This document shows positions 1-10,085 of a DNA stretch of 42,139 bases, in pieces. The position numbers and the translations under genes are program-made. Source of the DNA: Nitrososphaerota archaeon (GTDB taxonomy: Archaea > Thermoproteota > EX4484-205 > JAAOZP01); NCBI GenBank assembly GCA_011605725.1, contig JAAOZP010000002.1, positions 1-42,139 on the forward strand. The letters run 5' to 3'. The notes beneath the pieces are model-generated. The model made no database searches. It worked only from the letters and a program-made list of their open reading frames with translations, and was not told where the DNA came from. Positions within the stretch are counted from its first letter, which is position 1. Every line of letters starts with the position of its first letter.

Positions 1-19
1 AGATGTGTATAAGAGACAG
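1..19 (+). other. Nextera/Tn5 mosaic-end adapter (library artefact)
   Basis: Exact AGATGTGTATAAGAGACAG at the contig start, directly abutting a truncated gene. Confidence 0.97.
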
Positions 20-564
20 CCCCAGGATCCTCCATCCGGAGCCGGTGGCGTAGGAGCATCGGGGGAAAGGTTCAGAGTAATATCCTCATATCTAACCCGG
101 GGCTTCCATCTTCCCCTTAAAGGATGCTTCCCTTTTCCGATGAATATGCAGGGCGGCTCAACAGTAAACCTTATCTCAACCTTCTCCCCGTCTATTATAG
201 CGTAGCCGTATTTCTGTTTAAGCTCCTCCCTCATGAGCCTCCTCTTCTCGCTTGAGGCCTTCCTCTCCTCCTTCGTCATTCTCTCCTTCAACTGTTTCTC
301 GCTCTCAACCCATTGTTTAACCTCGGAGAAATCTATGGGATCGTTCTGAGTTGAGCCGTTAAGACCTAGCGCTGCATAGAAGTCTTTGAGAAAGTTTTTC
401 ACGAAAACCTTATCCTCCAACCTTTCAGGGGGTTGCTTAGCGAAGGCTACTGCCATCTCCTCCTGCTCAGGAGTAAGTTTAACCCTCTCCCCGTTAACTG
501 TGATGGAGAGCCCCTTATACTCGTATGGCGGGATGAACACTCCGTTGTGAACTAGTTGTCTCAT
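20..564 (-). CDS. DNA topoisomerase IB, archaeal/eukaryote-like, N-terminal part (truncated by the contig end)
   Basis: Not in the ORF track. My translation is MRQLVHNGVFIPPYEYKG..LTPEQEEMAVAFAK..KQKYGYAIIDGEKVEIRFTVEPPCIFIGKGKHPLRGRWKPRV, which matches the TopoIB HNGV..PPY and EPP..F.G.G.HP..G motifs. An alternative in-frame ATG lies at 582. Confidence 0.9.
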
Positions 565-663
565 GAAGCTTATTGTGGCCATGTCTTCCGGGGTAGTTAA
601 AAAGTTTCCCTTAGAAACTAGGTAAAAATTTTTATACAACTGTCTTGCTTTCAAAAAGTCTAC

Positions 664-1257
664 TTAAAGGTTTTTCACAACCATTCCTATCTTCAACCAG
701 TCTTCAATCATCACTTTCGACATGCCTGGGTTGTAGAGAGCACTGGCAGGGTGGTACGATGGGATTATCTTGAAGCTTCCGTAAGACAACGTGTTCACGT
801 TGAACACTTTCCCATGCACGCTGCTCATGTAAGCCGGCTTAATGTTGAACTTTCTGAACAACGTGTTAGTAGCCACGTTACCCAATGTAACTATGATTTT
901 AGGTCTTATGACTCTTATCTGCACACTTAAATATGGGAAGCATGCTTCAACCTCATCGTCAGTAGGTTCTCTGTTTCCAGGGGGACGACATTTAACAACA
1001 TTAGTCACGTAAACACTGCTCCTCTCAAGGCCCGCTGCCTTCAGCAGCGTCTCGTTTAAAAACTTCCCTGCCTGACCCACGAAAGGCCTACCTTCCCTAT
1101 CCTCGTTGAAACCCGGGGCCTCGCCTATGAGCATCACGCTTGTTTTCAAATCGCCCTCGCCGAAGACGACTCTCGTCCTTGCCTCGCTAAGCCTGCACCT
1201 AGTGCAGTTAAGCGCCTCTTTCAACGCTTCTTCAAGCTCTTCCAACGCTCTCACCAT
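664..1257 (-). CDS. udg: Family 4 (Fe-S) uracil-DNA glycosylase
   Basis: CxxC, GEAPG, PFVG, NVVKCRPPxNR and HPA motifs. Confidence 0.95.
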   Translation of the reverse strand: MVRALEELEEALKEALNCTRCRLSEARTRVVFGEGDLKTSVMLIGEAPGFNEDREGRPFVGQAGKFLNETLLKAAGLERSSVYVTNVVKCRPPGNREPTDDEVEACFPYLSVQIRVIRPKIIVTLGNVATNTLFRKFNIKPAYMSSVHGKVFNVNTLSYGSFKIIPSYHPASALYNPGMSKVMIEDWLKIGMVVKNL

Positions 1258-1294
1258 ATACTCGTTGAATATGAATCTTACGAGGGTTCAGCCT

Positions 1295-1816
1295 TTAGAG
1301 TTTAACATGCCGTTTTTTAACTATTGAAGTATACTCGGCAAGCCTCTCGCCGAGCAGCCTGCATGCTTTTAAAGCCTCCTCATTCGGCTTGCCGACGGAG
1401 ACTGCACCGTAATGCAGCGTGACTCCGGGAGCAACATAGTCTGGAACGCCGAATACGAGCATTCCGTAATTCAGCATCGACAGAATGAGGGATAGGCATG
1501 CGATCTCGTTTCCACCTCCCAACCCTCCTGAACTGCTGAACGCAACCCCAACCTTCCCCCTCATCTTACCCCATGCGGGCATACCGTTTTTCGTGAATAA
1601 TTCGTTCATCCTTATGGACATTGTTCCGCAATGCGTAGGTGTTCCAAAGGCGAAGCCATCGTTCTCCAGAAGATCTTTAGCAGACACTTCTGAAACCTTT
1701 TTCAGCGTAACCTGGGCGCCTGCTTTCCGAGCGCCTTCCGCCACTGCTTCAGCCATTTTCTCAGTGTTTCCAGTATTGCTGTCGTAAGCCACCAGGATCC
1801 TTATTTTCTCAGGCAT
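1295..1816 (-). CDS. Flavodoxin / WrbA-like NAD(P)H-dependent oxidoreductase
   Basis: YDSNTGNTEKMA FMN loop, GTPT and SGGLGGG. The real start is probably MPEKIRIL at 1816, not the 1915 given in the track. Confidence 0.9.
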   Translation of the reverse strand: MPEKIRILVAYDSNTGNTEKMAEAVAEGARKAGAQVTLKKVSEVSAKDLLENDGFAFGTPTHCGTMSIRMNELFTKNGMPAWGKMRGKVGVAFSSSGGLGGGNEIACLSLILSMLNYGMLVFGVPDYVAPGVTLHYGAVSVGKPNEEALKACRLLGERLAEYTSIVKKRHVKL

Positions 1817-1905
1817 GCCTCTGTTTGACGAAAAGTTTTTTAAAACTTTTCGGGGGCATGCTTCCAATTGCAATAGTTCAGCATGTTTACCTCCAGCTTC
1901 AAGAG

Positions 1906-3216
1906 CTACCGGCATATTGCTCCATTTATCCTTATGAAGGGAGCACCCTCAGATATTGGAAACCCTTTCTCATATCCGGGTCTCAGCGAGAAGCTTTTAC
2001 CGGCTGCGTCGATCCTCCTGATGTCTCTAAGGCTGCAGATTATTTTTAAATGCTTAACCGGAGTAGTAGCCTCCTTGTTCTTCAAAACATACGCTAGCTC
2101 CGGCTCAATTTCAATCCTTCCATCATCAAGCCTACACTCGGCTCTGACGAGGCCCTCAGCATACACCCCGTTCTGAGTATCTTGGAAAATCTCGTCTTCA
2201 CTCCAATCAGAGGGCTGAATGTAAACGTTGCTTACGCAGGGCCTCGGCTTATGAGTGATTCCACGCGCGTTCCCAGCTTCACCCCTGTTTCTCGCGGTGA
2301 GCCTAGTGTGAAGCAGGCTTACTCCTTCCTCCGTAAGCAGGTTTTTAACCCTCGCCCTCACTCCCTCGTCATCCCAATGAAAGGAGCCGTAAGCATCCTT
2401 GAGAAGAGGATTATCGACGAGCTGAAACTCATACTTTAAGCCTTTGAAAAACGTCTCTCGGTAAACATCCGCCTCCAGAAAATGAGCCACCTCGTGGGCA
2501 AGTGCTCCTGCAGCCTCAGGGTCAAGAACCACCTTGAACCTCCCAACTAAATACGGGTAGGAGAAGTGGAGGATGGTTGAGGGTTTGGCGGTAATGGAGT
2601 CTTTAACTCTCCTGACTAGTTTCTCCAGCAAACCCTCCCATGGTTGCTGCCTAATGATTTCGAAGCCTCCTCTTCCGCCTACAGTCCTGCTTGCAAACCC
2701 TTCTCCAAGATCCTTGGCGACAATATAAATCGTTAAATCCGTTAAAGGAGTATGCTCCTCCACCCTCGTTCCTTCAGACGTGATAAGGATTGAATGCTTC
2801 TGAAGATGGGAGGCAATCAGCTCTATCCTTGCAGGCGCGTTAAGCCTCGACTTAAGCTCGCTCCTGAGGCTTTTCAGGAACAGAAATACTTCTTGAGGCT
2901 GAAACTCTTCTCTCAACACGTGTTCAACCCGGCCTTGCTCCGGGCTTGTTGGAAGAAGCTCAACAGGCTGGTCGCATAGCTTAGACAGCTTTAAAGCTGA
3001 AAACGCAGCCTGCTCGACAGAAGCCTGGTCAGTCTTATCCGTGCTCGCAACGCCATAGCCGTTTGTAACCACTCGACACGCGACACGCGTCCACTCTTCT
3101 TCAAGCAAGTCTGATGAATCAGTCCTTAAAGCCACCTGAACAAGCTTATGTCTAACGATTCTTAAATCAGCATACTTAGCCGGAAGCTTCTCCAGAATTG
3201 AAGAAAGCTCCTCCAT
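1906..3216 (-). CDS. TldD/PmbA-family metalloprotease
   Basis: YADLR N-terminus, HEVAHFLEAD, DDEGV, GNARG..P..SN and GAP C-terminal motifs. Confidence 0.88.
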   Translation of the reverse strand: MEELSSILEKLPAKYADLRIVRHKLVQVALRTDSSDLLEEEWTRVACRVVTNGYGVASTDKTDQASVEQAAFSALKLSKLCDQPVELLPTSPEQGRVEHVLREEFQPQEVFLFLKSLRSELKSRLNAPARIELIASHLQKHSILITSEGTRVEEHTPLTDLTIYIVAKDLGEGFASRTVGGRGGFEIIRQQPWEGLLEKLVRRVKDSITAKPSTILHFSYPYLVGRFKVVLDPEAAGALAHEVAHFLEADVYRETFFKGLKYEFQLVDNPLLKDAYGSFHWDDEGVRARVKNLLTEEGVSLLHTRLTARNRGEAGNARGITHKPRPCVSNVYIQPSDWSEDEIFQDTQNGVYAEGLVRAECRLDDGRIEIEPELAYVLKNKEATTPVKHLKIICSLRDIRRIDAAGKSFSLRPGYEKGFPISEGAPFIRINGAICR

Positions 3217-3372
3217 CTGACTGTTCGGATGAAAACGAGGCTCAATAAGCTTTTCGGTCCTTATAAATGCAGCTTAAGGTTTGAAGCCTCTTCCAGACCG
3301 CCTTATTTACCGGCTTCGCTGCTAACATGGTTGAACATCAGCCTAAGCTGTTTCTTTTTCAAGCTTACCCGG

Positions 3373-3385
3373 GAAAGCTTTATAT
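3373..3385 (+). promoter_or_regulatory. BRE/TATA promoter of guaB (probably a leaderless transcript)
   Basis: GAAAGCTTTATAT lies about 25 nt upstream of ATG 3408. Similar AAAGCTT(T/A)A elements precede tldD (3244-3256, minus), GH172 (18122-18136, minus), vapB (18903), the asparaginase (26285) and the membrane operon (27271). Confidence 0.65.
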
Positions 3386-3407
3386 CTTCTTTTTAAACCG
3401 GTAGAAT

Positions 3408-4838
3408 ATGGGAAGGTTTCAGAAGAAATTTAACGGGGCTGAAACAGTTTTCAACTTCGACGATGTAATCCTGCTTCCAGGCTTTTCCAAAGTGGAGCCT
3501 AAGGAGGTCGATCTGGCAACCAGGTTTTCAAAAAACATCCCGATCAGCATTCCAATCGTCTCCTCGCCGATGGATACTGTGACTGAGTCTGAGATGGCGA
3601 TAGCGCTGGCTAGGCACGGGGGAATCGGGGTGATACATCGTAACTGCACGGTTGAGGAAGAGGTTGAAATGGTTAAGATCGTTAAGAGATCGGAGTCGTT
3701 CATAATAAGGGAAGTGGTGACGATAAGCAAGGATGCTAAAGTAGGAGAGGCTGCTGAAATAATGAGGAAAAACAGGATTTCAGGTCTTCCGGTTGTTGAA
3801 AACAATAAGCTGGTGGGGATAATAACCGGTAGGGACGTTAGGTTTACCGACCTCTCCGTGAGCGTTGGGGAAGCCATGACTAGGAATGTTGTCGTGGCGA
3901 GGCCTGAAGTAACTCCGGAGGAGGCTGTTGAACTCATGAAGAAGCATAAGGTGGAGAAGCTGCCTGTCGTGGATAAGGATGGTAAACTAGTGGGATTAAT
4001 AACCTACAGGGATGTCGCGTTAAGAGGAGAGTATAAAGGTGCCACTAGGGATGAGGAGGGAAGGCTGAGGGTCGCTGCAGCAGTCTCGCCGTTCGATGTG
4101 GAGAGGGCCAAACTCCTGTCGAAACATGCTGACGCGCTGGTTATAGATGTTGCACATTTTCACAACGAAAATGTGATCGATGCTACTAGGAGGTTGGTGA
4201 GGGAGGTGGAGGTTGATGTTGTTATTGGAAGCCTGGGTACTAAAAAAGGTGTTCTAGACTCTGTCTCAAAAATCGATAGTGTTGCAGGCCTGCGCGTCGG
4301 TATTGGAAGCGGCTCGGTCTGCATAACGACAGAGGTTACCAGAGTCGGAGCACCGACGCTTTTCGCAGTCTCTCAGGCGGCTGACGCGCTTGAGGAAATC
4401 GGTGTTGAAGCACCGATAATTGCGGATGGAGGTGTGAGAAATCCCGGCGACGTCGTCCTAGCCATTGCTCTCGGAGCCTCCTGTGCTATGCTGGGCTACG
4501 TCTTCGCTGCTTGCAAGGAGAGCCCAAGCCAGATGACGATGATGAACGGAAGATACTTTAAGCTCCATAGGGGGATGGGGAGCCAATCAGCTAGGCAGAA
4601 GAGGATGGCGGTCGACAGGTATTCTTCGAAGGACATTCCAGAGGGAACGGAGATTTGGATACCGTTTAGGGGGGAAGTCTCCTCGGTGATAAACGAGTTC
4701 GTCGCGGGCATAAGGGCTGCGATGGGTTACGCCGGGGCATCAAACATTGAGGAACTACGTAGAAATGGCAGAGTTGCGAGGGTTATTTCGACGAGGGAGA
4801 AAGTCAGCATAGGCCAACGCATCAATCAACTTAAGTAG
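3408..4838 (+). CDS. guaB: Inosine-5'-monophosphate dehydrogenase with CBS pair
   Basis: FDDVILLP, SSPMDTVTE, GIGSGSVCIT catalytic Cys, IIADGG and RGMGS. Confidence 0.96.
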   Translation: MGRFQKKFNGAETVFNFDDVILLPGFSKVEPKEVDLATRFSKNIPISIPIVSSPMDTVTESEMAIALARHGGIGVIHRNCTVEEEVEMVKIVKRSESFIIREVVTISKDAKVGEAAEIMRKNRISGLPVVENNKLVGIITGRDVRFTDLSVSVGEAMTRNVVVARPEVTPEEAVELMKKHKVEKLPVVDKDGKLVGLITYRDVALRGEYKGATRDEEGRLRVAAAVSPFDVERAKLLSKHADALVIDVAHFHNENVIDATRRLVREVEVDVVIGSLGTKKGVLDSVSKIDSVAGLRVGIGSGSVCITTEVTRVGAPTLFAVSQAADALEEIGVEAPIIADGGVRNPGDVVLAIALGASCAMLGYVFAACKESPSQMTMMNGRYFKLHRGMGSQSARQKRMAVDRYSSKDIPEGTEIWIPFRGEVSSVINEFVAGIRAAMGYAGASNIEELRRNGRVARVISTREKVSIGQRINQLK

Positions 4839-4897
4839 GGAGGCGAAAAAGCATCCTCTTTAACCCTTTAAGATTCGAGTTGAAAAACGAGACGAGC

Positions 4898-4905
4898 TTT
4901 TTTTT
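4898..4905 (+). terminator. Oligo-T archaeal terminator candidate
   Basis: T8 tract about 60 nt after the guaB stop, between convergent genes. Confidence 0.4.
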
Positions 4906-4906
4906 A

Positions 4907-5847
4907 CTACTTGAATTCACATACCACATTATGTAGTTCCTCAAGGGTTATGGACACCATTTTCAGATCATGTTTTGCGACAGTTCTCCTAAGATGGCTT
5001 ATTATGAATTTTAATACCGATTGATTGTATAGAAAGGATTCTGTGTTATGTGTAATGGTAACTATGCTTTTAGCAGGAATGTTGAGTTCCAACATCTTTT
5101 TGATGTTAAGGTCTATAGTTTCTTCGTGATCTTCAAGTGTGCATGTCGCCTCTATACGTAGATCTAATGGATCGCCTGAAGTGCGCCTTTTCTGAGGGTT
5201 TACGGATATGGGCACCTCGTATAACTCTAGTGTTCCAGGTATAAGCCTATTATTTGGATTAACGTGATGTCCATACGGATATGCTCCAACCCAGGAAGCA
5301 TGGACCTCCGGAAGGTCCTATTCGGCTTGGAGGTTGAACTTTGCCTGAAGCCAAGCTCATATAGAATCTTATATGTATAATCGTTCGTGGAGAAAAAACC
5401 GGCCCTAAATGACTTAGGCTCGAATCCTAGGGCTTTCCTCCAGTCGCTTATCGCTAAGCTAAGTATGTGGTGCTGTTCATCGGGAGAGTAAGATCCGAGA
5501 TACTTCTTGAAGCTATGGTCTCTAAAATTTCCAGGATGGATATGGAGGCCGAGCTCAAAACCCTTATCCTTAAGCTTAAGGAAGAGGCCTGCATACCTTT
5601 CAGCGGTTTCAGGCTGAATAAAAAATACTGCTCTAAATCCTTCATTTGAGAGGATTTCGCTAAATCTCGATATCGCTTCCCCTCCTATCTCCCAGCTTCT
5701 CGGTCCTTCTCCTTCAGGAGATTCGTTCGCTATTCTCTCACAGTCCATGGAGAAGATGACATAGAGGTTTCTAGATGATTCCTTCATCCTCAAATCTACC
5801 ATCCTCAACCTTCTCCTCAGCTCCTCATTAATAAGTTTTGGTTTCAT
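4907..5847 (-). pseudogene. Polysaccharide deacetylase-like (NodB/CE4 fold) gene split by a 1-nt frameshift near 5310
   Basis: ORF 5227-5847 has SMDCE, ELGLHIH and SFRAG. A frame shift at about 5310 gives ..VHASWVGAYPYGHHVNPNNRLIPGTLELYEVPISVNPQ.., which runs directly into ORF 4907-5215 (ITHN motif). Confidence 0.75.
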
Positions 5848-5967
5848 TGCGCCTGAATTTCTTTTGAGAAAAGCGGAGAGACATGAAGCAAAGTTGCAGA
5901 GGAGACAAAACTATCAACAGCGTCGACAACTAAACGTTTATTATTATTTGACTAACCCTTTCTTTTC

Positions 5968-7179
5968 ATGTTCGGCTTTAAAGACTTGGGTTTAGACCCC
6001 TCCCAACTAACGGAGGCAATGAGGCTGGCGTGCGATTGGCTTATAGACACAGCTCAGGTGAAGACGGAGAAACTCACGATAGAAGAAGACTCCAAGCATC
6101 ATCAACACAAGAATTGGCGTGGTGCAACCAGGGGCGAATATTCCGTAGCTAGGGGGAAGTGGGACTTCTTCTGCCCGATCTGGCATACTGGTCAAGCGGT
6201 AAAGGCATTGACGCTCGCCCATAAAATCCTTAAGGATGATCGTTTGCTGGAAGCCGCTAAGCTGGGAGCTGATTTCATCGTGAATGAAAGCATAAGGGAC
6301 AAGAGTGACCCGGATTATGGCTTGATCCTGGGTTATGAGGATTATGGTGATGGAGTTAACACGTCGGCAATAATGGAATGCCTCGATGGACTGATACACC
6401 TCAGCGAGGCCACGGGTAAAGAAGAATTGTGGGACATCGTCATAGACGCATTGAACTGGATCGCTAATAAGGCCTACATGGGAAAAGGGCTGTTACGAGA
6501 CATGTATATGCCGAGGGAGAGGACTTTTAAGGTTCCGTCGTGGGCAGGCAGCGCAGGCGGCCGTCCCCTAGGTGATGACGGGGTCTTCTTAAGGGGTTAT
6601 TACAAAACCGGCGATGAGAGGTTTCGTCAAATCTTTTTCGAGGTAGTGAATCGCCTATTACAGGATGAGTATCCCCCTGGGAATTGGATTCGCCATCCGC
6701 CATGCGATCCGGAGAGGGGCTTGATCCATCCACGACACGCATACTGGTGGGGTTATCCAATGATCATGGCCTATGAGGAGACTAAGGACGATAAGTATCT
6801 GCAATGTGCTATCAGGTCTGCCGACTGGTACGCCCATGCCCAACGGAAGGATGGAGGGATGTTCCGCGGAACATTCATAGACTTCAATACCAATAGCTTC
6901 GGCCATGCGACATCCGGTATAGCATGCGCAACGATCATGTGGATTGAGCTAACCCGTATCCTGAATGATAAACGATACGTTGAGCCGATGGGAAAGGCTT
7001 TGAAGTATTGCATGATGATGCAGTTCAGAAACCCAAGGGATCAAAACCTTAAAGGCGCAATCTTGGAGAAGGTCTTGGAACCGGATGGAACGGACAGCTC
7101 ACCCTACTACATCAGAGACCTAGGAACGATATTCTTCATTCAGGCAGCGGCGAAGGCGATAATGAGCCTGAGCGATTAG
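5968..7179 (+). CDS. Putative (alpha/alpha)6-barrel glycan-acting enzyme (six-hairpin glycosidase/epimerase-like)
   Basis: Repeated helical hairpins (DDRLLEAAKLGADF, DKYLQCAIRSADW, QRKDGG) and carbohydrate-gene context. Exact family not determined. Confidence 0.55.
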   Translation: MFGFKDLGLDPSQLTEAMRLACDWLIDTAQVKTEKLTIEEDSKHHQHKNWRGATRGEYSVARGKWDFFCPIWHTGQAVKALTLAHKILKDDRLLEAAKLGADFIVNESIRDKSDPDYGLILGYEDYGDGVNTSAIMECLDGLIHLSEATGKEELWDIVIDALNWIANKAYMGKGLLRDMYMPRERTFKVPSWAGSAGGRPLGDDGVFLRGYYKTGDERFRQIFFEVVNRLLQDEYPPGNWIRHPPCDPERGLIHPRHAYWWGYPMIMAYEETKDDKYLQCAIRSADWYAHAQRKDGGMFRGTFIDFNTNSFGHATSGIACATIMWIELTRILNDKRYVEPMGKALKYCMMMQFRNPRDQNLKGAILEKVLEPDGTDSSPYYIRDLGTIFFIQAAAKAIMSLSD

Positions 7180-7342
7180 GAGAGAATTACCTTCGTTGAG
7201 AGGATGGGCTTAAGAAAAAAGGCCTTAAGCTGAACAGTAAAACATTTAGCTAGGTTTTAAAACACATTCTTAGGATTCTTCCACTCGATTAGTTCCAATA
7301 TGGCATAAAGTATAAAAACAGAAAGTTCAGGGAGCTCGGTAT

Positions 7343-8701
7343 ATGAATGTCCCAAGGATCACTATAGTTGGAGCTGGGAGTCACTTCACAATGGGCTTAT
7401 TCGGCGACTTTCTTAGGATTGGGGACATGCAGGAAAGCGAACTCGTTTTGATGGACATCGATGAGAAAAAGTTACGCATTATGGAAAGGATCCTCAAGAG
7501 ATTTACAGAGAAAGAGAGCATAGGTGTAAAGATAGTTGCAACCGTGAACCTAAATGAAGCCTTGGACGACACAGACTTCGTGATTACAACCATACGTCAT
7601 GGCGGCCTAGAGGCCCTTAAAACCGTCATAACGATACCTCTACAATTTGGGGCGGTCCAAGTAGTAGGAGATACTGTTGGTCCGAGCGGTGTGCTTAAGG
7701 GTATGTTAGAAATCCCGGCCCTTCTATATATAGCTCAGAATGTTAAGGACATAGCTCCAAAAGCTGTCATAATGAACTTCACAAACCCGATGACGCCAGC
7801 ATGCATGGCGATCAGGAAATCTACAAGGACTTCGATCATCGGGCTCTGTCATGGCTATCATAATATTTGCGATTTAGCATCTAAACTTTTAGGATATTCG
7901 ATTGGAAAGATCAGAATTGAAGGTGCAGGAATAAATCACCTGACTTGGACAACTAATATAACGTATGATGGTGAAAGTATTTATGAGGAGTTCTTAAAAA
8001 GCCTATTTATAAGGGGTAAAGAGGAGGTCTTGAGGGAACATCCATACTTAGTCGGAAGGGAATTATATAAAGTGTTTGGCATTCCACCGACTTTAAGCGA
8101 TAGGCATACGTCAGAGTTCTTCCACTATTTATATGACTGGATTAAAAATCCGATCTATGGACCCATACTCATGGAAAGTAGTGGATACATAGACTACGAT
8201 AAGAAAACACTTAGGAAAGAAGTGGTTAAGAGAGAGGAGGAGGAAAAACAAAGAATGATACGTATGGCTGAGGGTGAGGAAAGAATTACCATACATCCCT
8301 CGGGGGAGTATGCAATAGATATAGCCTCGGCAATCATCCACAAGAAGAGGACAGAGGTCATGGCTTTAAACATAGAGAACAGAGGAGCCATAACGGGGAT
8401 AAATCCTGACTATATAGTCGAGATCCCAGCTGTAATAGATGGAAACAACATAACACCAAAAGGAAAGTTTAAACTTCCAGAAACTGTGGTGAACATTCTA
8501 AATGCACACTTAGAAAAGTTTAAGGTAATGATCGACGGAATCATAGAGAAGGATAAGAATCTCCTCGTGCGGGCTATAGCCCTAGACCCATTAACGCCTT
8601 CACCCGATAAGGCCGAGAAGATTCTAAACCACTTCATTGAAGATTCAATAATAAGAAAATATCTATCAACCTATAACTTTGACCTATCGGGTTCAATCTA
8701 G
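7343..8701 (+). CDS. GH4 NAD+/Mn2+-dependent glycosidase (alpha-galactosidase/glucosidase type)
   Basis: IVGAGS, GDTVGPSG, NFTNPM, GLCHG, GINHLTW and DRHTSEFF. Confidence 0.93.
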   Translation: MNVPRITIVGAGSHFTMGLFGDFLRIGDMQESELVLMDIDEKKLRIMERILKRFTEKESIGVKIVATVNLNEALDDTDFVITTIRHGGLEALKTVITIPLQFGAVQVVGDTVGPSGVLKGMLEIPALLYIAQNVKDIAPKAVIMNFTNPMTPACMAIRKSTRTSIIGLCHGYHNICDLASKLLGYSIGKIRIEGAGINHLTWTTNITYDGESIYEEFLKSLFIRGKEEVLREHPYLVGRELYKVFGIPPTLSDRHTSEFFHYLYDWIKNPIYGPILMESSGYIDYDKKTLRKEVVKREEEEKQRMIRMAEGEERITIHPSGEYAIDIASAIIHKKRTEVMALNIENRGAITGINPDYIVEIPAVIDGNNITPKGKFKLPETVVNILNAHLEKFKVMIDGIIEKDKNLLVRAIALDPLTPSPDKAEKILNHFIEDSIIRKYLSTYNFDLSGSI

Positions 8702-9008
8702 TATTGATGCAAGATTCTCCTTCTAATATCCAAGGTGATATCGGAAGGAAGAAATATTACACCGACGAAGTAACATTCTCCACCTTACAAGAAGTTATCA
8801 TTTAATTATAACCTTGTTAGAAGCCTTCAGACATGTATATCGTAGCTACTTATGATGAGCTTTTGTTTTTTTCAAATCTAGCCAAATTCTCACCTTTTCA
8901 TTGCAAGGAGCTCAATTTAAAAGTTAGGGGGATGTATTGCATTCTGAAATACAAACCAATAGCTTTATTTATGGTAGCCGACGTTAAGGTCAGTTCGGAG
9001 GTGGAAAG

Positions 9009-9917
9009 ATGAAGTGGGGTTTGGCCATGTGTTGGCTGTATGCCATAACCAAGTATCGGTATGTGCCTAGCCTTGAAGAGATTTTGCTAGCGATTGATGA
9101 TGCAAAAAGAATGGGTTTTCAGTACATGGAGTTGGAAGGTGTAGGACCTCAACTTTACGTTGTTGCGGAAAACAGGGCGATCATCAAAAAGCGATGTAAG
9201 GAAAATGGTATCGCTTTAATTGATTTCGTTCCCGTCTTACCAGATATCATGTCCACGGATTCGGAGAAAAGACGAAAGGCCTTAGAAGATTTTAGGCTAG
9301 GCTGTGAACTCGGTTCTTACTTCGAAACGGGTATGGTTCAAGTAGATACGTTCCATCTTCCCATTCACGTGGAACCGCCATACGATATCTCAAAAGAATT
9401 TCGGTATGCCTACAAAGCGCCTCAACTCCGAGTGGAACCAAATTTCGATTTTTGGGAATATTTTGATGAAGTTTTGGTATCCTCCGTTAGTGAATGCAAC
9501 GATATGGCCAAAGATCATGGTTTAAAACTTTGCATCGAACCCAGAACTTGGGAAAACATATCGGACGTTTGGGCTTTAGAACTTTTAATGAGGAAGATAG
9601 GCAGCGAAAACCTTGGTGCAGTTCTTGATGTGGCTCACTTAGCTGCCCAGAAGATGCAACCAGTTATATGTATAGAGATATTGGGTAAAAGAATCTTCTA
9701 TGTGCATGCAAGCGATAACAATTACTTAACAGAGGATCATCTTGAGATAGGAAAGGGAAGTATTGATTGGACGAGTACCCTCAAAGCTCTTCAGAAGCAC
9801 CAATACAAGGGTTACATTGGCGTCGACGTAGGTGGAAAACCTGAGCTAAAGCCAACCATCGACACCATGTATATAAACTCCAAGACCTACTTGGAAAACC
9901 TAATGAAACAAATATAG
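9009..9917 (+). CDS. Sugar-phosphate isomerase/epimerase (xylose isomerase-like TIM barrel)
   Basis: LCIEP, LDVAH, HASDN and DHLEIGKGSIDW metal motifs. Confidence 0.88.
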   Translation: MKWGLAMCWLYAITKYRYVPSLEEILLAIDDAKRMGFQYMELEGVGPQLYVVAENRAIIKKRCKENGIALIDFVPVLPDIMSTDSEKRRKALEDFRLGCELGSYFETGMVQVDTFHLPIHVEPPYDISKEFRYAYKAPQLRVEPNFDFWEYFDEVLVSSVSECNDMAKDHGLKLCIEPRTWENISDVWALELLMRKIGSENLGAVLDVAHLAAQKMQPVICIEILGKRIFYVHASDNNYLTEDHLEIGKGSIDWTSTLKALQKHQYKGYIGVDVGGKPELKPTIDTMYINSKTYLENLMKQI

Positions 9918-10085
9918 CATACCGGCCCTTAGGTTTGTCTCAATTCTAGAAGGGGAACTTTTTAAGGCTGATGTTAAAAAAGGAAGAGGAGATGCTTAAA
10001 GCCATTCCTCAAAATTCATAAACCTGGCATGCGCACTGATATGCTATAAGAGTGAGGAGGAAAGGTTTTGAAGCATGCTCTTAGG

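Noticed and set aside
1-19. Tn5/IS50 transposon end as a real mobile element
   Set aside because: It is the engineered mosaic end at a contig terminus, with no transposase or second end.
5-205. 66-aa ORF beginning MYKRQ
   Set aside because: The start derives from the Nextera adapter (ATGTGTATAAGAGACAG) and the rest is antisense to topoIB.
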